Shown here in pieces: positions 59,809 through 64,000 of a stretch of 64,000 nucleotides of DNA. The notes under the pieces were generated by a model, which saw only the letters and a program-made list of their open reading frames with translations, had not been told where the DNA came from and made no database searches. Numbering within the stretch: the first letter of the stretch is position 1; each line of letters opens with the position of its first letter. This DNA is from a virus. Made by a program: the position numbers and the translations under genes. The stretch lies in IMG/VR virus record IMGVR_UViG_3300013119_001061, one strand, 5' to 3'.

Positions 59809-60771
59809 TTGAGAGGGCAAAATATGAAAACTCGAAAAACACTTTCAAAAGAAAACAAAAAATATATTGACAAACTTCTAGCAGGCAATGACCAGATGTT
59901 TATTAGTCAAGAGATGCTCGAAGTCATTAAGAAAGAAACTGGCCTGACAAGAATGGCGATAAAGCACCAGATATATGATCTTGAATTTGATTATAATTTT
60001 GGGTATTCATGGGGTGAGTTTGATAACAAGACACCCGGAAAGGCACGAGTTTATTTTAGATGCAAGACGTGTAATTGCAAATACAGCATGTTAGCGATCA
60101 AGCTTAGAGGACGAACGTATAGCAACGACCCGATATGCCCAGATCACTATGCTAAGATTGTGACTTCGTCAAAAGTGTGGCGAGAAAAGAATAGAAGTGC
60201 ACAGCTTGTTTCGCAAAATTTACCAGAGGCAAAAGAGAAGCAACGAGTTTCACAACTTCGACGACATGCACAGCCCGGAATGAAAGAAAAATATCGCCAG
60301 ATCGGCTTAACACTGTGGAAAGATCCGGAGTATGCAAAAAGAGTATCAAGCTCACTTCGAGAAAAATGGAAAGATCCGGAGTATGCAAACAAGGTGATGA
60401 ATAACTCAAAGCAACAATATCATGGTAGCTACAGCGGAATGAGGTATCAAAGCTTAATTGAACTATCTTTTATTCTGTGGATGGTTAGTGTAAAAAGAAA
60501 TATTGGGCGTTATAATCTAGAGGGAATAAAATGGGATGGAAACAGAAGCTATTATCCTGATTTTATTGTTGATGGAAATCTAATAGTTGAAGTCAAGGGG
60601 ACCTTAAAGGGATTTATGTATCAAAGAGAAGACGAGATAAAGAGAAAGCAATCTGCTTTAATAGAGTGGTGCAAAGACAGAAAATATGAGCAAAGAATTG
60701 TTGTAAAGAAAGACATACCGAAAGAATTCTACGAGAAGGCAAGGAAAGTGCATGACAAAATTAATCTCTAA
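59809..60771 (+). CDS. Free-standing endonuclease between the dnaE halves (PD-(D/E)xK, TnsA-like)
   Basis: YQSLIELSF, YYPDF, VEVKG; WKDPEYA repeats; ATG 59824 is a possible start. Confidence 0.85.
   Translation: MRGQNMKTRKTLSKENKKYIDKLLAGNDQMFISQEMLEVIKKETGLTRMAIKHQIYDLEFDYNFGYSWGEFDNKTPGKARVYFRCKTCNCKYSMLAIKLRGRTYSNDPICPDHYAKIVTSSKVWREKNRSAQLVSQNLPEAKEKQRVSQLRRHAQPGMKEKYRQIGLTLWKDPEYAKRVSSSLREKWKDPEYANKVMNNSKQQYHGSYSGMRYQSLIELSFILWMVSVKRNIGRYNLEGIKWDGNRSYYPDFIVDGNLIVEVKGTLKGFMYQREDEIKRKQSALIEWCKDRKYEQRIVVKKDIPKEFYEKARKVHDKINL
60316..60389 (+). repeat. 23-bp direct repeat encoding WKDPEYA twice
   Basis: tggaaagatccggagtatgcaaa at 60316 and 60367. Confidence 0.85.
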
Positions 60772-60859
60772 AAAGCTTGTTCCGTATGATGGAAAAGTAA
60801 TTGACCTATGTGTTGAAAATTCACACACGTATAACGTTGAAGGAAAAGCAGTTCACAAT
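60752..60859 (+). mobile_element. Split intein IntC (36 aa)
   Basis: MTKLISKK, VIDLCVENSHTY, terminal HN, Ser as +1 residue. Confidence 0.93.
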
Positions 60860-63370
60860 TCAGGCGCCGGCAGTTTAGTCAATTACTTGCTAGGAATCAC
60901 GCAGATTGACCCGATTCCATACGGTCTACTTTGGAGTCGATTCCTCGGCAGACACAGGACATCGTGGCCGGATATCGACTCGGATGCAGGAGATCGAGAT
61001 GCACTCATTGATGCCGCCCGAGAGCTGTTTGGTAATGATGCTGTTATTCCCGTAAGCAACTTTAATACACTCAAGCTAAAGTCAATTGTCAAGGATGTTG
61101 CTAAGTTCTATGATGTTCCTTTTCAAGAGGTAAATATCGTCACAGGACCATTACAAGCTGACGTAGAGCCTCATGCTCGAGATGCTAATACTGAGAAGTC
61201 GGTATTCGTTTTGACCCACGAGGATTGCATGAAGTATTCAGAGAAATATCTTGCTTTCATGACGAAATATCCGCATGTAGAAGATCATGTGAGCACGTTG
61301 TTTATGGAGCAAAAATCAATTGGCCGTCATGCAGGCGGTGTTCTTATTGCAGATGCACGTGAGCTTGAGAAGACAATCCCACTAATCTCAGTTCGAGGTG
61401 ACTTGCAAACTCCGTGGACTGAGGGAATGAACTTCAGAAACCTCGAAGATAATGGGTTCATTAAGTTTGATTTCCTCGGACTCACACTGATGAAAGATGT
61501 GGAAAATTGTATCCGAAGAATCCTCATTAAAGACGGGCAAAAGAATCCATCGTTTATGGATATCAAGGAATTCTTTGATAAAAACTTGAATTGTCGTACT
61601 ATTAAGCAAGATGATCCAAGGGTATGGGAGAATGTATATCACCAAAAGAACTTTGCCCCAGGCATCTTTCAGTTTACTGCGCAAGGAGCTCGAAACTTCT
61701 GTATGCAAGCTAAGCCTGAAAACATTGAGGAGCTCGGTGCAATCACAGCAATTTATCGACCGGGCCCACTGAAGGCAAATGTTCATATTGATTATGTCGC
61801 AGCAAAGAACGACCGAGACAATATCGTGTATGACCACCCAGTGATTGAGAAGATCCTCGGTGCAACTTGTGGATTCATCACGTTTCAAGAGCAGTTCATG
61901 ACTTTGGCAGTGGAACTAGCAGGATTTACGCCCGGCGAATCTGATAAAATGCGTAAGACGCTGGTGAAGAAGTCGCTTGACACAATCGGCAAAAAAGGTT
62001 CAGAACGTGATGCATTGCGCAAGAAGTTTGTTGAAGGTGCTGAGAGATTACATGATCTAGATCCGAAAATCACACATGCACTCTTCGACAAGATCGAGTT
62101 CTTCAGCCTGTATGGGTTTAATAAATCACATGCTATCTCTTACGCAATTGACAGTTACTACGCAGCATGGCTCTTTACTTATCACCCCAATGAGTGGATT
62201 GCAGCTGTTCTTCAATCTGAAAATGGAAGCCCGAAAAATCTGTCAAAAGCAATCCGCGAGGCAAAGGTTCTTGACTTCAAGTTCGAACAGTCAGACATCA
62301 ACTACTCGGGCATTGAGTGGGAATTTAACTATGAAAAGAACGCATTCATTCCGCCGCTAACCTCCATCAAAGGTTTGGGAAAGACGGCGATGGCAGAACT
62401 GATTAAGCATAGACCCTATGCGTCAGTCAAAGATCTGTTCTTTAATAAGCGCGGTGAATGGCGATTCTCAAAGGCAAATAAGACAACCTTCGGAGCGCTA
62501 TGTCAAATTGAGGCATTCTCATCACTTGACGAGCTTGAAAGCGGAGATATTGAAAATCACCGACAGCTTTATCACTTGATTGTGGACAATTACGATAAAA
62601 TCAAAAAAGCAAATGATGGAAAACAAAAGTGGTTGGATAAGCTTCCTGTCCTCGCTGAAAAAAATTATGAGGAGGTCAAAAAGATTATCAAGGTATTCGA
62701 AAAATACAAGAATGAAGACACTGCATTAAAAATGAAGGCAGTTGTTGAAGATTCAAATGTCATGGATTGGAACTATATTGACAATCTTTCATCTGAGCTT
62801 AGGGTATACGAGCACAATCAGCCTCGACGACAGCTGCAAGTCGACAGATGCTTCACCCGCCTAGAAGAGAACACTGTAAAAAGAGATAAAATCTTAGATA
62901 GGCTTGATCAATATTTCGATCTCAAAGAAGCAATCAAGGATTATGAAGATATCGAAGACTGGGCAAGAGATGAAAAGATTCGGCTATATCAAGAGATCAC
63001 GTCAGCAATCAATAACGAGCTTGTATTTCCGTCTGAAGTAATGGATAGAATCACGAGGACTGATATGCCGTCAGTATGTGAAATTGAGGGCGGCCAAAAG
63101 GCTGTGGCATGGGGTTGCATCGCCGAGGTTCAAAAGAAGAAGACGAAAAAGGGAAAAGATTTCTATCGTCTCAGAATGATCGATGAGCAAAACCGAAATT
63201 GCTGGCTCAGGGTTTGGGGTAAGTTCTTTGATTGGGGCGAAGAAAGAGGGCAGAAGGTTTATTATGAACCCCCTTCATTCTCTTATTGGTTGATGGAAGT
63301 TGACGTCGATCCGAATTGGGGAGCATCTACTGCAGCATGGAAAATGAGAAGGATACCTCTTGTTGATTAA
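60752..63370 (+). CDS. dnaE: Split-intein C-fragment (36 aa) plus DnaE C-terminal half
   Basis: ...VEGKAVHN|SGAGSLVNYLLGIT, PDIDSD, GRHAGG, KFDFLGL, GIFQF, YRPGP, QEQ, YGFNKSHA. Confidence 0.95.
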   Translation: MTKLISKKLVPYDGKVIDLCVENSHTYNVEGKAVHNSGAGSLVNYLLGITQIDPIPYGLLWSRFLGRHRTSWPDIDSDAGDRDALIDAARELFGNDAVIPVSNFNTLKLKSIVKDVAKFYDVPFQEVNIVTGPLQADVEPHARDANTEKSVFVLTHEDCMKYSEKYLAFMTKYPHVEDHVSTLFMEQKSIGRHAGGVLIADARELEKTIPLISVRGDLQTPWTEGMNFRNLEDNGFIKFDFLGLTLMKDVENCIRRILIKDGQKNPSFMDIKEFFDKNLNCRTIKQDDPRVWENVYHQKNFAPGIFQFTAQGARNFCMQAKPENIEELGAITAIYRPGPLKANVHIDYVAAKNDRDNIVYDHPVIEKILGATCGFITFQEQFMTLAVELAGFTPGESDKMRKTLVKKSLDTIGKKGSERDALRKKFVEGAERLHDLDPKITHALFDKIEFFSLYGFNKSHAISYAIDSYYAAWLFTYHPNEWIAAVLQSENGSPKNLSKAIREAKVLDFKFEQSDINYSGIEWEFNYEKNAFIPPLTSIKGLGKTAMAELIKHRPYASVKDLFFNKRGEWRFSKANKTTFGALCQIEAFSSLDELESGDIENHRQLYHLIVDNYDKIKKANDGKQKWLDKLPVLAEKNYEEVKKIIKVFEKYKNEDTALKMKAVVEDSNVMDWNYIDNLSSELRVYEHNQPRRQLQVDRCFTRLEENTVKRDKILDRLDQYFDLKEAIKDYEDIEDWARDEKIRLYQEITSAINNELVFPSEVMDRITRTDMPSVCEIEGGQKAVAWGCIAEVQKKKTKKGKDFYRLRMIDEQNRNCWLRVWGKFFDWGEERGQKVYYEPPSFSYWLMEVDVDPNWGASTAAWKMRRIPLVD

Positions 63371-63551
63371 AGTTGGTGACTTGGTAAAAATTATAAAAGT
63401 ATCAACAGTTGATGATACTCATCTAGGAAAAATAGGAGTATTGATAGTGAATAAGGGCGTTGACAATAGTGGGTATCCACTGGATAAGATTCTTGTTAAT
63501 GGTGAAAAGATAAGTATATACCCAGATGGTTACGAGGTAATAGATGATTAA
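63360..63551 (+). CDS. Small KOW/SH3-like hypothetical protein
   Basis: KVGDLVKI...GKIGV. Confidence 0.5.
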   Translation: MLIKVGDLVKIIKVSTVDDTHLGKIGVLIVNKGVDNSGYPLDKILVNGEKISIYPDGYEVIDD

Positions 63552-64000
63552 GTTTCCGATAAACAAGATCTTCATCGAAGGCCCAGACCTTTCTGGTAAG
63601 TCATCATTATATAGGTCAATTCATGAGAAATCAAAGTTCAAATGGAACATCGATGACAGATCAACGTTATCAATGTGTGTGTATGCAAACCAGTATGACC
63701 GAGATGACTTCTATCTCCGCCAGAATCTAAGTTTAGAGCTTTCAAACCTGAACAATCACCTCGTGTTACTACTGCCAGATCTCGGCGTCATTCATGATAG
63801 ATTTCTGGATCGCGGCGACGAGTTTCAAGATGCTGATTCATTAGTCGATCTTCACCATAGGTTTGCTAAAGAGTTTGAAAAGGTTTGCATGTTGCCAAAC
63901 GTTCATGCATTCACTTCCGGGACTGCTGAAGAGCAAGCATCAAAAGTCATTGAAAATCTTTGTGAGTGGGAAGCAAGAACACCCAGGCAGATCGGAAAGC
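63544..64000 (+). CDS. dNMP/thymidylate kinase-like P-loop protein (runs off the window)
   Basis: Not in the track; MIKFPINKIFIEGPDLSGKSS...DDRS.LS..VY...RGDE. Confidence 0.75.
   Translation, partial: MIKFPINKIFIEGPDLSGKSSLYRSIHEKSKFKWNIDDRSTLSMCVYANQYDRDDFYLRQNLSLELSNLNNHLVLLLPDLGVIHDRFLDRGDEFQDADSLVDLHHRFAKEFEKVCMLPNVHAFTSGTAEEQASKVIENLCEWEARTPRQIGK

Noticed and set aside
105-62091. Minus-strand and nested alternative-frame ORFs in the track
   Set aside because: They overlap well-supported + strand genes and lack recognisable motifs; treated as shadow ORFs.
1-64000. Genome-wide TAG recoding (code 15) as the explanation for the dnaE TAG
   Set aside because: Long ORFs are intact under code 11 and many genes end properly at TAG (e.g. 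5651, 26298, 31020, 51618); only one in-frame TAG interrupts a conserved motif.
1-64000. tRNA genes, CRISPR arrays, integrase or att sites
   Set aside because: No cloverleaf, spaced repeat array or recombinase motif was seen; intergenic gaps are very short.

Overview
The window comes from a large lytic dsDNA myovirus (T4-superfamily or jumbo-type phage). Genes are densely packed, essentially all on the + strand, and read with the standard code 11. Bases 1-24.5 kb are the virion module: scaffold, gp23-type major capsid protein, neck proteins, two paralogous >1000-aa tail sheaths, tube, a tail chaperone with a probable +1 frameshift, tape measure and baseplate. Bases 24.5-64 kb are replication, recombination and nucleotide metabolism: stand-alone family A polymerase domain, gp32-like SSB, RecA, dUTPase, flap nuclease, DnaB, class II RNR, type IIA topoisomerase, ClpP, ThyX, thioredoxin, DinG and DnaE, with a two-gene fibre cassette inserted. 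The main observations are: (1) two fractured genes, recA and dnaE, each rejoined by a split intein with a free-standing endonuclease between the halves; the RecA intein has an atypical 20-aa N-fragment; (2) an in-frame TCG-TAG-TCG inside the PHP motif at the start of dnaE, a candidate 6-nt ribosomal stop-hop within a hairpin; (3) a candidate non-canonical nucleotide pathway built from a Cys-bearing second ThyX, a deoxyribosyltransferase, an NDP-sugar epimerase, extra dNTP pyrophosphatases, a deaminase and a kinase; (4) a homing endonuclease preceded by an orphaned second copy of the dinG 5' end; (5) two recurring promoter-like motifs, several of which predict leaderless mRNAs. All functional calls come from manual motif recognition; no database searches were run.
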